From: a virus
DNA: 64,000 nucleotides
Strand: one strand, 5' to 3'
IMG/VR virus record: IMGVR_UViG_3300009545_000021
Location: 5,949-69,948 of that record
In this document: in pieces, positions 47,773-58,016 of the stretch
Numbering within the stretch: position 1 is the stretch's first letter
Layout of the letters: every line of letters begins with the position of its first letter
Made by a program: the position numbers and the translations under genes
Notes under the pieces: generated by a model
What the model saw: the letters and a program-made list of their open reading frames with translations, nothing else
Told to the model about the DNA's origin: nothing
The model's database searches: none

Positions 47773-49284
47773 ATGGCGTCAACCTTCACCACCAACAAGC
47801 ATCTCGAGCTGCAGGGCACCGGCGACAATTCCGGCACCTGGGGTTCCGAGCTGAACACGGCCGTCTTCACCCTGGTCGACCAGTGCCTGGGCTCGACCAC
47901 CTCGATTGCGCTCGCGGCCTCGCCGGTGACGCTGTCGACGGCGCAGACGCAAAACCTCGCCATTTCCTTTACCGGCGTCCTGACCGCCAACGTCACCGTG
48001 ACGATTCCGGCCGTCGGCGGCTTTTTCATCTTCCTCAACTCGACCACCGGCAATTTCACCGTCACCATCGCTTCGGCGGGCGGCGGTACTTCGCAGATCC
48101 TGCCGCGCAGCTATGCCGCCTATTTTCTGACGGACGGCACCAACGTCTACAATGTGCGCCAGCCGCTCGGCATTTTCGTCGATGTCGCGGCGGCGGCCAG
48201 CGTCGATATCGGCACGGTGCCGAACGGCCTGGTCAACGTCACCGGCTCGGGCGCCACCATCACCAATTTCGGGTCGACGGCGCGCACGGTGCAGACGCTG
48301 TTCTATGTCAAGTTCAACGGCGTCAACACCATCACCAATTCGGCCTCGATCGTCTGCCCTGGCAGCGCCGACATCACCACGGCGACCAATGACGTCTATC
48401 TGGTCTGGTTTGCGGGCGCTGGCGTCTATCGCATCATCGGCGCCTTTCTCGCCTCCGGCCAGGCGCTGGTCACGCCGTCCTCGACCTTCGTGTCTGTGCC
48501 GCAGACGATCCTGTCTGGCCCGAAGGATTCGAGCGGCAATCCCTCGTTTTTCCCGACCTCGTCGGCCTCGCTCTCGCTGCTGTCGCAAGGGCTGACCACC
48601 ACACCGTTGGTGGTGACCTGCTCGGGCGGCTACGGCGCCAACGGCCTGGTCAACTATATCGCCTCGATCTCGACGAATCAGACCTGGACGGCGACGGCGA
48701 GCACGACGACCTATTTCGGCTGGAACCTGCAGACCTCGGCCGTGGTCAACACGACGCTGCGCCCGCTCTATCAGCGCGGCGGCTCGATCTCGACGACCTC
48801 GGGTCAGTACACTTACGACATCACCGCCGGGCAGATGTATCTGGGCACCGGTGCCGGCACCTCGACGGTGCGCGTCGTCTTCCTCGGCCAGGGCGTGGCG
48901 AGCGGTTCGGCCATCACCTCGGTGGTGATGTACGGCTACCTCAATTCGTTCGGCACGAGCGTCAGCGGCTCGGCCCTGTCGCTCTTTGCGCAGGGCTATG
49001 GGCTCTGGGGCTCGTCGCCGACGATCACCGCGGGCAACAATCTGGCCAGCGTTTCCTATGATTCAGTAACGGCCGGCATGGTTTTCACGTTCACGATCGC
49101 CTGCGTGAATGCCAATTACCATGTCGATGTCGTCTCGGAAGGCAACCCGGCGGTCGGCAACACCGGCGTCACCCTCTACAACAAGACGACGACCGGATTC
49201 AGTGTCAAGGGCGCCAATTCCTCCGGCCAGCTCTCGCCGCGCGCGGGCGATTCCTGGTCGATGATGGTCTATCAGCGCCTCTAA
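47773..49284 (+). CDS. second tail fibre / receptor-binding protein
   Basis: MASTFTTNKHLELQGTGDNSGTWG anchor; T/S/G-rich body. Confidence 0.75.
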   Translation: MASTFTTNKHLELQGTGDNSGTWGSELNTAVFTLVDQCLGSTTSIALAASPVTLSTAQTQNLAISFTGVLTANVTVTIPAVGGFFIFLNSTTGNFTVTIASAGGGTSQILPRSYAAYFLTDGTNVYNVRQPLGIFVDVAAAASVDIGTVPNGLVNVTGSGATITNFGSTARTVQTLFYVKFNGVNTITNSASIVCPGSADITTATNDVYLVWFAGAGVYRIIGAFLASGQALVTPSSTFVSVPQTILSGPKDSSGNPSFFPTSSASLSLLSQGLTTTPLVVTCSGGYGANGLVNYIASISTNQTWTATASTTTYFGWNLQTSAVVNTTLRPLYQRGGSISTTSGQYTYDITAGQMYLGTGAGTSTVRVVFLGQGVASGSAITSVVMYGYLNSFGTSVSGSALSLFAQGYGLWGSSPTITAGNNLASVSYDSVTAGMVFTFTIACVNANYHVDVVSEGNPAVGNTGVTLYNKTTTGFSVKGANSSGQLSPRAGDSWSMMVYQRL

Positions 49285-49299
49285 CCGAAAGCTTTCGTC

Positions 49300-49752
49300 A
49301 TGCAAACCACTGCGCGGGGCCGGGCCCTGATCACGCAGCGCGAGGGCGCGCGTCTGAAGGCCTATCGCGACGCCGTCGGCATCTGGACGATCGGCGTCGG
49401 CCACACCGCTGCGGCGGGAGCGCCGGTGCCGGTGGCCGGCATGACGATCACGCCGAGCCAGTCCGATCAGATCCTGTCGCACGACCTCGCCAAGTTCGAA
49501 GCGGCGGTGTCGGGCGCCGTGCATGTGCCGCTGGCCGATCACGAGTTCGACGCCCTGGTCTCGCTCGCCTTCAACATCGGCGATGAGGCCTTCGCCCGTT
49601 CGACCCTGGTGCGCAAACTTAATGCCGGCGATCGGGCCGGCGCCGCCGAAGCCTTCCTGATGTGGGCCAATGCCGGCGGCAAGCCGATCCTGCTCGGCCG
49701 TCGCAAGGCTGAGCGCAAGCAATTCCTCAACCCCTACGGAGCGAGCCCATGA
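49300..49752 (+). CDS. endolysin, GH24 lysozyme
   Basis: EGARLKAYRDAVGIWTIGVGHT (E-x8-D-x5-T), FDALVSLAFNIG, RRKAE. Confidence 0.93.
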   Translation: MQTTARGRALITQREGARLKAYRDAVGIWTIGVGHTAAAGAPVPVAGMTITPSQSDQILSHDLAKFEAAVSGAVHVPLADHEFDALVSLAFNIGDEAFARSTLVRKLNAGDRAGAAEAFLMWANAGGKPILLGRRKAERKQFLNPYGASP

Positions 49753-49960
49753 CGACGACGGTCCATATCGTCCTGCCGAAACAGAACCACAGGCGCGTGA
49801 AGGTGATCACACAAGATTCGGTCGTCACCGTGCCGGGCGAGCGCGAGTGGGGCGCTGAAGACGAGCGGCCCGCCGACATCGTCGAAAAGGGCGAAGTGCT
49901 CTCGCTCTACGTCACCGACACCCGCCGCATCATCATCGAAGAAATCGACTGAGGCCTCCC

Positions 49961-50140
49961 ATGATTACGACCTTTGACAAGGCGATCGCCGCCTTCCTCG
50001 GCGCGCTGCTCTCTATCCTTGTGCTGTTGCACGTGCCGGTGCCGACCTTCCTGGAGGACCCGACGTTGCAGGCGACGATCGGCGCGCTGATCGCCGGCAT
50101 CCTGACCTACTTCGTGCCGAACAAGCCGGCCTCTTCGTGA
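49961..50140 (+). CDS. putative holin (two TM segments)
   Basis: GAGG RBS; KAIAAFLGALLSILVLL...IGALIAGILTYFVPNK (59 aa, not in ORF track). Confidence 0.7.
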   Translation: MITTFDKAIAAFLGALLSILVLLHVPVPTFLEDPTLQATIGALIAGILTYFVPNKPASS

Positions 50141-50364
50141 CCTGGCTGCAGGCCTTCCTGGCCTTGCTGGAGCTGGTCAATACGCTCGCGAGCCTGGCGC
50201 GCGAGCAAAAGCTTGCTGACGAGGGGAGGGCCGATGCTTTTGCCCGTATCACCAAAGCCGCCTTGGCCGATATCGCCGCCGGCAATGCTGCTCGCGCTGC
50301 TGCTCGCGCTCGCGATTCTGCTCCTGGCGGGTTGCAGCAACCTGACGGGTGGCAGCGAGACTGA
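50137..50364 (+). CDS. i-spanin (Rz-like)
   Basis: N-terminal hydrophobic helix, Ala/Arg coiled coil, ends PDGWQRD; overlapped by a lipoprotein gene. Confidence 0.65.
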   Translation: MTWLQAFLALLELVNTLASLAREQKLADEGRADAFARITKAALADIAAGNAARAAARARDSAPGGLQQPDGWQRD

Positions 50365-50506
50365 TTGGCAGAAACTGTCGAAGGTGGCGGCCTGTGGCGT
50401 CTTCGGGCCGATCACCTATTCCAAGCAAGACACTGACGCAACACGCCGCCAGATCCGCGAACATGATGCCGCTGGAGCGGCCGTCTGCGGATGGAAACCG
50501 AAATAA
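50285..50506 (+). CDS. o-spanin (Rz1-like lipoprotein)
   Basis: Lipobox LLAGC after hydrophobic stretch; overlaps i-spanin in another frame. Confidence 0.7.
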   Translation: MLLALLLALAILLLAGCSNLTGGSETDWQKLSKVAACGVFGPITYSKQDTDATRRQIREHDAAGAAVCGWKPK

Positions 50507-50859
50507 TGCCTGCCGGCGAATTGCTGATGCCCGTTGATGATGCCCGCGTCCTCAAAGAGGCGGAGATCCTGGTTCTGCGTTCGATTCAGGACGCCATTAA
50601 GCGCATCGATTCCAACGGGGAGAAAATGAATGACCGCCTCCAGGAAATAGGAGAGCGCATGATCCGCGTCGAGATGCAGGACACCCGCGCCGATGTGGCG
50701 GCGCTGACGGAACGGGTGCGCAGCATGGAAGATCGCCTTGCGATCCAGCAAGGAGCCGTCGGCATTGTCGGCTGGGCCATCGCCAACTGGTACGGCATCG
50801 CCATGTTCGCCTTCACGATTTATGTGCTGATGCGCCAAGGTGGCCTGAAGTTTCCCTGA
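50506..50859 (+). CDS. coiled-coil protein with C-terminal TM helix
   Basis: Heptads then WAIANWYGIAMFAFTIYVLM. Confidence 0.6.
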   Translation: MPAGELLMPVDDARVLKEAEILVLRSIQDAIKRIDSNGEKMNDRLQEIGERMIRVEMQDTRADVAALTERVRSMEDRLAIQQGAVGIVGWAIANWYGIAMFAFTIYVLMRQGGLKFP

Positions 50860-50895
50860 AATCCCTGCGGCCCCGTCCTGTCGCCTGTGGGCCTA

Positions 50896-50929
50896 CCGCC
50901 GCTTCCGTAATGGAGGCGGCGGCTTTTTT
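50896..50929 (+). terminator. intrinsic terminator ending the late operon
   Basis: CCGCCGCTTCC-GTAAT-GGAGGCGGCGG-CTTTTTT. Confidence 0.85.
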
Positions 50930-51129
50930 GCGTGCGGACGGTTCCAAGGGAGCGCTGTGGCGAAGCAGCCGAAAACGCTGGTGGAGCGACGATCGGCGGT
51001 CTCGATATCGACATAGGGGCTGAAGCGATCGGTTTTGCGGCGCCAGCGGGCTTCGGCCCAGATCACCTTTCGGATCGCGGGGGGAGGGCGAAAGACGGTG
51101 TACCAATGACCGTTCGACCGGAGCATTGG

Positions 51130-51657
51130 TCAGCTCGGCTCGCCGTGGTCATGCGGACCGAACAGCGCCTCGATCTTCTCGAGACAATAGGGGTGCAGGC
51201 CGCCGTGGTTCTCGGAATCCTCCAAGCCCGCGCCGACGCCATAGCCGGAAAAGCCGGTCCAGACGTTGCCGTCCGGCTGCGTCAGGCGGATGAACTGGAA
51301 ATGGTTGTCGGCGACGATGTAGTGCGCCTCGATCTTGTGGCCGTCGACTTCCATGACGATCGGCGGCCGATTGTTTTCAGCGTGGGTATAGGCATCGAAG
51401 GAGGGCGGCGACAGCTCTTCGGCAAAGCCGCGATACAGGCTCGTATAGGATTGCTTGTACAGACAGACGAAAATCGGGCCGTCGCCGAGCACGACATGGA
51501 AGCCGCGAATGGCGGAGGGGTCCGGATTCGCCGAGGTCCAGCCCGGCCAGGCGCCCGGCGTCGAGCGCAGGCCTGCAGGGGTAAACTCGACGTCGCTGCG
51601 CTCCTCGACGCGCAGGCCGTTTCGGTAGGCGTAGCCGCCATAATCGCTATAGGCCAT
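51130..51657 (-). CDS. hypothetical phage protein
   Basis: GGAG RBS; MAYSDYGGYAYRNG...GYGVGAG. Confidence 0.65.
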   Translation of the reverse strand: MAYSDYGGYAYRNGLRVEERSDVEFTPAGLRSTPGAWPGWTSANPDPSAIRGFHVVLGDGPIFVCLYKQSYTSLYRGFAEELSPPSFDAYTHAENNRPPIVMEVDGHKIEAHYIVADNHFQFIRLTQPDGNVWTGFSGYGVGAGLEDSENHGGLHPYCLEKIEALFGPHDHGEPS

Positions 51658-52282
51658 TGTCGTCTCCGTTCATTGGCGCAGGTGGTTGGTCGGCTGGCCT
51701 TCCCGGGTAGCCTGTGCCGCCAAGATTTCTCGTTCGAGGCGCGCTATCATTTCTGCCATCTCGGTCTCGGCCTTCCGGATTTGCCGTCGCATCCTGCGAT
51801 CGAAAAGCCAGCCGCGCACGAGAAGAAAAAGCAAGAGGGCGACGGTGGTGGCGTTGAGGATGTAGTTGAAACCGACCATCCATGTCGGCTGGACGCCGAG
51901 GGCCCATAGAACGGTTGCGCCGGCGACGGCCAGGATGGCTTGGCCGGTGAGTGTCAAGGCGATCTCGACGGTGAGAGCTTGGACATTCATGAGGCGATCC
52001 ACTCTTCGCCGGTCTCGAGATTGCGTCGCCGGCCGGTTTTGGGGTGCCGGTGCCAGCCCTCGGGATCGCCGCTGCCATTCCATTGGATCAGGGCGATGAG
52101 GGCGCCTTCGAGAGACTGGTAGCAATAGCGCTCGGCATAGCCGACAAAGTCGATGTCGACGTGCATCGTCCAATGAAACATCAGCCGGTGGATGCCGCAT
52201 AAGCGCCCGTCGGGCAGATTGCGCATGGTGACATATTCCTGGCGGATGGCTTGCGGCAATTCGTTGGGTGTGATCATGGGCC

Positions 52283-52693
52283 TTACCGCAGCTGGCTGGC
52301 GTCGCCGACGCCATAGACGCGCTCCAGACGCCTGATCTCCTCGACGATCAGCGCATGCAGACGCGGGCAGCGCTTGGGCATTTCAGCCAGGCCCGTGCCG
52401 ATGCCGTCACGCGGGATGACGATCAGCCGGCCATCGGCAGCCGCCAGCTGCACGCGGTCGAGCGCCCACAGGATCTCTTCGCGGGCATCGTCCTGGTCGT
52501 CCCGGAAAAAGTCGCCGTCGAACAGGGTCGGCGCCCATTTGGTGGGAACGCCGATGGCATTGGGCTCGCCGCGCATCGCCCGGGCCTGTCCGCCGAGGCC
52601 GCGCTTGGCGACGTTGTCGCCGAAGACGAAGCGGGCCTCGGGATTGTCGCGACACATCTGCCGGGTGATCTCGTAGGCGTAGATGATCGGCAT
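52283..52693 (-). CDS. conserved phage protein, possibly macrodomain-like
   Basis: FVFGDN...GLGGQA...NAIGVPTK...IPRDGIGTGLA. Confidence 0.6.
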   Translation of the reverse strand: MPIIYAYEITRQMCRDNPEARFVFGDNVAKRGLGGQARAMRGEPNAIGVPTKWAPTLFDGDFFRDDQDDAREEILWALDRVQLAAADGRLIVIPRDGIGTGLAEMPKRCPRLHALIVEEIRRLERVYGVGDASQLR

Positions 52694-53266
52694 GGCGGCC
52701 TCAGTGCACGGTGGTGGACGAGGGGGATTGCATCTGCTGGTTGGCCTGGATGACGGCATTGATCATTTCCACCACCATCGGGCGCGGCATGGCGAGATAG
52801 GCTTCGAGGTCGGCCTGGCGCACCACCATGAGCACGATCGGAAAGCAGCCGGGATCGGCGATCGGCACATCGACCTCGTAGCGGCCGGGCTGCTCGATCG
52901 AAAGATGCGAGGGTTTGATGCTCTTGGAATAGGTCACGAAGGTGTGCTCGGGCGGACAGGTGATCGCGATCGTCTCGCCGGGACGCCAGAAGATCACAGC
53001 CTCGTTAAGAACGGTCTGAAGGGCCATCCGGCTTCTCCTCGATCAAACGCTGCAGGTCGATCCACGACCTGGCCCCCAAAGGCCGCCAGTTGAAGCAGGG
53101 TTGGCCGAGCCAGCCATGCATGATGCAGACGCATGGCTGCACGACGCAGTGTCCATAATTGTCCAGGAAATATGGATCTGGCAAATCCCATTTTTCGGGC
53201 GGGAAAGGCACGTATTCATAATCCGTTTCCATGAGGCCTCGGGCGTGAACGACTCGCGAACGAGTC

Positions 53267-53522
53267 CTGGGACTTTTCCTGGGACTTTCGGGTCCGCAGC
53301 TGTCCCTTGTTGGCCTTTGTTCTCCCTTGGTTGCCTCCCGTGAGGGAGGTGGAGAACATTCGTTATGACATTGATTTTTGAGGGGAAATTGTGGTCGGAG
53401 CGCCGAGATTTGAACTCGGGACCCCAAGTCCCCCAGACTTGTGCGCCAGATCCTATTTCTCCTTTACTGACATAGGTTTAAGGTCCATCTCGACCTGGTT
53501 CTGGGACTTTTTCTGGGACTTT
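53267..53522. repeat. integrase arm-type sites flanking the att core
   Basis: CTGGGACTTT at 53267, 53279, 53501 and 53513: two direct-repeat pairs with 12-bp period. Confidence 0.8.
53392..53446 (-). other. attP core: 3' part of tRNA-Pro(GGG)
   Basis: Minus strand GCGCA-CAAGT-CTGGGGG-ACTTG-GGGTC-CCGAG-TTCAAAT-CTCGG-CGCTCCG-ACCA; 5' acceptor strand and D loop missing; adjacent to int stop. Confidence 0.9.
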
Positions 53523-54667
53523 CTCGGCTGCGCGTCTGCGGCATCAAGGGTGTCGCGCACGTCGTTCATGTCGAGATGGGCATAGGTTTGCGCCGTGATG
53601 GCGATGGTGGCGTGCCCCAAAAGTTTCTGCGTCGCCTTGAGGTTCCCGGTCTTCTGGATCAGGCGCGAGGCCCGCGTGTGACGCATATCGTGGAAGCGGA
53701 CGGCCAAGCCCAAACCCTTCTTGTCCTGGACGACGCGGCGCCATTTCGTCTTGAGGCCCTGATAGGTCACAGGGTAGCGCGTGCCGCGCAGGCGCAGGAT
53801 CTTGGTCTTGTTCTCACGGCAGGTGCGCTCGCACACATAGGTGAAAACCCATTCGTCGTCGGCCTTCGGACAGGCAGACAGGATCGCGGCGATGGCGTTG
53901 GAAATCGGGATGGTGTGGGGGCGGCCACCCTTCTGGGTGACGGTGATGGTGCGGCTATCCCAATCGATCTGATCCCAGCGCAGCAGGCACTCGGCCAGGC
54001 GCAGGCCGGCGGCCAGGGCGAAGCGGAAGACATCGCGAAAGCCTTCGGGCAACTCTTCGGCGATGCGGTCCTCGTCGGATAGTTTCAGGACGCGCATGAC
54101 GGCGCCCTTGCGCGTCGGCAGGAGGTGGGTCGTCCATTTCGGCTCGAAGGGAAGGGCCTGCTTCCACACTTCCTTGGCGCGGCGAAAGATCGGCTGCAGC
54201 AGCTTGATCGTGGTCATGTTGACGGTGCGCGGTGCCACGAGCTGTTCGGCCGCGCCGGCCTTGGTCTTCTTGCGGCCCCAGCGCGTCTCGCCGCGGCGGC
54301 TGGCAACCCAAAGAGCAATGTCGTTGTCGGTGATGCTGTCGAGCCGGCGGTTGGCCCCAAAATAGTCGCGGGCGCGATTGAGGTGGGTGTGCAGCTGGCT
54401 CGCCATGGCTTGGCCGATCGCCACCTCGGCCCAATAGCGATCGCAGGCCTGGCCGATGGTCATCGGGGCCAGGCCCTTGCCTACGGCCTTAGCGGCACGA
54501 CTTTGCCGGGCCCATTCCTCGGCTTCGGCGAGGATCGGCTGGACGGCGGCCCGGGCTTTGGCTTCGGTGGTGGCGGTCGTTGATCCAGAGAACCGACGGC
54601 CGCCGCGCTCGAAATCGTAGACGTAGGTCTTGGACCCCTTTGGTTTGTAGACGAGTTTGCTGCCCAA
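53453..54667 (-). CDS. int: tyrosine integrase
   Basis: GLRLAE, QKGG, HDMRH, LLGH, TYAH catalytic motifs; AGGAG RBS before TTG 54667; N-terminal arm-binding segment. Confidence 0.93.
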   Translation of the reverse strand: MGSKLVYKPKGSKTYVYDFERGGRRFSGSTTATTEAKARAAVQPILAEAEEWARQSRAAKAVGKGLAPMTIGQACDRYWAEVAIGQAMASQLHTHLNRARDYFGANRRLDSITDNDIALWVASRRGETRWGRKKTKAGAAEQLVAPRTVNMTTIKLLQPIFRRAKEVWKQALPFEPKWTTHLLPTRKGAVMRVLKLSDEDRIAEELPEGFRDVFRFALAAGLRLAECLLRWDQIDWDSRTITVTQKGGRPHTIPISNAIAAILSACPKADDEWVFTYVCERTCRENKTKILRLRGTRYPVTYQGLKTKWRRVVQDKKGLGLAVRFHDMRHTRASRLIQKTGNLKATQKLLGHATIAITAQTYAHLDMNDVRDTLDAADAQPRKSQKKSQNQVEMDLKPMSVKEK

Positions 54668-54855
54668 GGGGCGGTGCTCCTGTTGCGTTCGATAAAGGCG
54701 GAGAGGTCGGCTTCCTGAAAGAGGATCTTCTTGCGAACCTTGCCGTTGCCGGCGCGAATGAAGGTGATTTCGTTGTCGTCGATATGCCGGCGCAGGGTTT
54801 TGGCGCTGATCTTCAAGAGACCGGCGGCCTCGTGCAGGGTGAGCAGGGCTTCCAT
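54481..54855 (-). CDS. excisionase-like HTH protein
   Basis: LLTLHEAAGLLKISAKTLRRHI...ILFQEADLSAFIE; overlaps int 5' end. Confidence 0.8.
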   Translation of the reverse strand: MEALLTLHEAAGLLKISAKTLRRHIDDNEITFIRAGNGKVRKKILFQEADLSAFIERNRSTAPWAANSSTNQRGPRPTSTISSAAAVGSLDQRPPPPKPKPGPPSSRSSPKPRNGPGKVVPLRP

Positions 54856-55087
54856 CAGGGCACCTCATCGCCGACGGACAGGCTCTCGAGATCGGTCCCG
54901 ACCAGCCGCAGTTGCATGAAGTTGAAAATATGCACGATGCCGTCGTCGTTTTCGACCACGGCGCGCCACTGGCCGCTGCGCTTTTGAAAGACGGCGACCA
55001 AGTTGCCCCGAAAATAATAGTCGCCACCGACCTTTTCGACCCGGCAACCGACATAGCTGGTGAAGGGGAGGGACATGAAGCCGTCGC

Positions 55088-55507
55088 TCATTTTTCATTC
55101 TTCCGGCGCTTGGGGAACGGTCGGGACGGCCAGGGCCGTTTCGGCTTTTCGGGTGGGGGCGCCTCGCCGGTGGTTCTGGCGAGGAGCGTGGCGCGAAAGG
55201 CGGCCTGGTCGGCGGCCAGGCGCTTGGCCTTGGCGATCGCGGCGATGTCGCTGCCGGCGGAGGTCGCCGGCGTGCCCCAGGTCTTGATCTCGTGCTCCTC
55301 GACCAAGAGCGGCTGGATATAGCGCGGGTCGTTCGGGTCCGGCGTCATGACGCCATCGTCGTTGACGGCCCTCGTACCGAGCGGGGGCATGTGATCCCAG
55401 TGGATCTGGCCGCGGCGGATCTGCTCCAGCGTAAAGCCGAGGGCGAGCAGGCAAGCGTCGAGCCGCACGCCGACGGGAACATATTTGCGATGCTTGGCCG
55501 TGGTCAA
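55088..55507 (-). CDS. HNH-like protein
   Basis: IHWDHMPPL...NDPRYIQPL...HEIKT; GGAGG RBS. Confidence 0.55.
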   Translation of the reverse strand: MTTAKHRKYVPVGVRLDACLLALGFTLEQIRRGQIHWDHMPPLGTRAVNDDGVMTPDPNDPRYIQPLLVEEHEIKTWGTPATSAGSDIAAIAKAKRLAADQAAFRATLLARTTGEAPPPEKPKRPWPSRPFPKRRKNEK

Positions 55508-55781
55508 TCGATGACCTCCGGTTTGCCGCCAAGGCCGCAATAGCCGCGCATCGGCTGGCGCTCGCGCGTGTACCAGCCGCCAGCGGCCTCGCCGTTGTTG
55601 CCGCTGCAATTGAAGATCCAGCGCTCCTCGGCGGCCGGCGGCGGCTGACCGTTGGACAGGAAAAGTTCTTCCTGCTCGACGAACCAGCGCCAAGCCATGC
55701 AGCCGGAGCCGCGGCAACCCATCTCTCCGCCCGAAAAGCTCGCCGGGCAGCAGAAATCATGGGCATCCTGCTCTTTGTAGA

Positions 55782-56237
55782 TCACGCCGCAGCCTCCTCG
55801 ATCGCATCGGTCAGGTTGACGCCGGAAACCCTTTCGACTTCCCGGCGCCAATGCCCGGTGGGAATACCGGGCAGCATTTCGCGCAGCACGATTTCCCGAC
55901 AGAACTCGACATGGTCGAGCCATTCGGGCGGCGTCCAGTCCTTGGTCGAGGAGGATTCGAAGTGCAGGACTTCGCCCTCCTGGCCGATCTTGGCGGCCTT
56001 GATGCGAAAAGCGCGCATCATGAAGATCGAATGCACGGCATCGCCGTTGGGCAGGCCCATGCCCTTGGCCAGATAGTGGCAGAGATTGCGGTAGAAGCGC
56101 CGCAACTTGTCGGCATCCTTCATGGCCAGGATGACGAGCATGGGCTTGTTTTCGGCGAAGCGAGCAAGCGCCAGCCTGTCGTATTCGGCGGCAGGCACCA
56201 GCGTCACGCCAATACGGCAGGCGGCGATCTCGATCAT
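55782..56237 (-). CDS. hypothetical recombination-region protein (DUF1367/NinB-like)
   Basis: LVPAAEYD...LRRFY...SSTKDW; position downstream of RecT-like gene. Confidence 0.45.
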   Translation of the reverse strand: MIEIAACRIGVTLVPAAEYDRLALARFAENKPMLVILAMKDADKLRRFYRNLCHYLAKGMGLPNGDAVHSIFMMRAFRIKAAKIGQEGEVLHFESSSTKDWTPPEWLDHVEFCREIVLREMLPGIPTGHWRREVERVSGVNLTDAIEEAAA

Positions 56238-56672
56238 GCGGGATTCCTCAGGGAAGGGCGCCGACCGGAGCGGCAAAGAGGGTGAAGGGAGTGTTGAGAA
56301 CGCTTGGTTCGCGCGGCCATTTCACCGCGCCGGTTTCGGCGAGGCTGCGCATTGCCTGCGCCCCTTCGGCGGGCGTGGCGTGCGGCGGCCAGATGCTGAA
56401 CAGCTCGTAGGTCTGATCATCGTCCAAGCCGAGCCACGCCTGCGCCGTCTGGCGCACGGGGATACCGGCCAAATCGCTGGCGCGTGTCAGCTTTGCGGCG
56501 ATATGAACGGTCCACGCCGCAAGGCAACCGGCGCGCTCAGCATTGCGTCCGCCGTAATCGGTGAAATGTTGCTCGGGATGGTAGGCGCCCATATTGAAGC
56601 CGAGTCCTTCGATGGAACCGGCCTCGACGACGTCGGCAACGTGCAAAAGACGATCGTGGAACATCGCATTAC

Positions 56673-58016
56673 TCACTGCTGGAGGGTTTTGTGCCTGGCC
56701 TGATAGCCCGCCAGCCAGGCCTGGCGGAGAGGGGTGTTTTCGATAAGGTCTTCCGGCGGATCGGCCATCTTGCCGGCGGCGGCGGCGAGCGAGCCGCGCT
56801 TGCGGGCCCGGGACAGCTCTTCGTCGTCGACCGACGCATCGGCCTGGACCTGCGGGCGACCGGGCGGGGGCGCGGGCGGTGCCGGCGGGGTGGCCGGTTC
56901 CGGCGTGTCGGCCAGGGTGCGCTCGATCGCCCGGGCCTTCATGGCGATCAGGGTGCGGGTCTCGGCGGCCGACAGCACGCGCGGCGGCTGCTGGCGCTTG
57001 GCCCAACGCTCCTCGATCTCCATCGGTGACTTGCAGGCGGCCAGCGCCTTGTCGGCGGCGATCAAATAGCGGGCGAAGTCGAAATCGCTCTCGCCGACGA
57101 CTTCGCGCACCGGGGCCTCAGCCGGGGCCGGCTTGGGCGCAGGCGGTGGGGGCGGGGTGGGCGGCGCCGGCTCCGAGGGTGGCGGTGGGGGTTCGGGTGC
57201 CGGCGGAGGAGGAGGCGGCGCAGGGGGCGTTTGCGGCGCTTCCTGGGGCATATCTTCGGGCGGTACGTCCTCGCTCTCCGGCTCGGGCGCCGGCTCGTTC
57301 TGATTGGCGGGGACCGGGATCTCGCGCGGCGCGCCGACCTGCACCGAACCGCCATCGGTCTCGACCACGGCATCGATGATGACCTCGTCGGCCGGCGGCC
57401 TGTTGTGGCCGATCGGCGGCGGAGGCGGCTGCAGCGAGATGCCGTCCTGCATCGGCACGTCCTGCTGCTCTTCGATAATGGCCAGGCCCTTGAGCACATC
57501 GGGGAAAGCATCGCGCAAGGCGAAGGCGCGGGCGCGCATCTGCAGCATGCGCTTGGCATAGCCCTGCCAGGGGCCGGGCTTGGCCCACAGCTGGGCGCGC
57601 TTGGCCTCGGCTACCGAAAACTCGCCCTTCTTCGGCTTCTTGCCCTTGCGGTGAACGAGGCAAACCGCCTTCCATGAATCGGTGAACTCGACGCCCTCCA
57701 TGAATTCCTCATGGTCGTCGAGCAGGCCGGAGCGCTCGCACAGGCCGAGGGCGGCATCGCCCCAAACCGAGGGGCGGCCGTTGATCATGGCAATCGACTG
57801 CAGCGCCATCATCGGCGGCAAGCCGACTTCCATGCCGTGCAGGATGGCGGCGACGGCCGTCTCTGCGCTCTTGAACGGCGTCCAGCCGGCGGCGACGGCG
57901 AGCTGTGCCAGGCGCCAGGCCTCGTCGATCGTGGTCGGCACGATCGCCTTGACGGTGGCGCCGGCGACGATCGGGCCCTTGTTCGGGCGCGCGTCTTCGA
58001 TCTGCAGTGCGGACAT
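56673..58016 (-). CDS. RecT-like single-strand annealing protein with Pro-rich tail
   Basis: GMEVGLPPMMALQSIAMINGRPSVWGD...PWQGYAKRMLQMRARAFALRDAFPDVLKG. Confidence 0.85.
   Translation of the reverse strand: MSALQIEDARPNKGPIVAGATVKAIVPTTIDEAWRLAQLAVAAGWTPFKSAETAVAAILHGMEVGLPPMMALQSIAMINGRPSVWGDAALGLCERSGLLDDHEEFMEGVEFTDSWKAVCLVHRKGKKPKKGEFSVAEAKRAQLWAKPGPWQGYAKRMLQMRARAFALRDAFPDVLKGLAIIEEQQDVPMQDGISLQPPPPPIGHNRPPADEVIIDAVVETDGGSVQVGAPREIPVPANQNEPAPEPESEDVPPEDMPQEAPQTPPAPPPPPPAPEPPPPPSEPAPPTPPPPPAPKPAPAEAPVREVVGESDFDFARYLIAADKALAACKSPMEIEERWAKRQQPPRVLSAAETRTLIAMKARAIERTLADTPEPATPPAPPAPPPGRPQVQADASVDDEELSRARKRGSLAAAAGKMADPPEDLIENTPLRQAWLAGYQARHKTLQQ

Noticed and set aside
32347-49284. Diversity-generating retroelement or invertible fibre cassette
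   Set aside because: No reverse transcriptase, invertase or adenine-variant template/variable repeat pair noticed; fibre repeats are ordinary shaft repeats
53392-53470. Intact tRNA-Pro gene
   Set aside because: 5' acceptor strand and D loop absent; it is the att core
54668-55054. N-terminal extension making a 533-aa integrase
   Set aside because: Overlaps xis and another gene in other frames; RBS and domain start point to TTG at 54667
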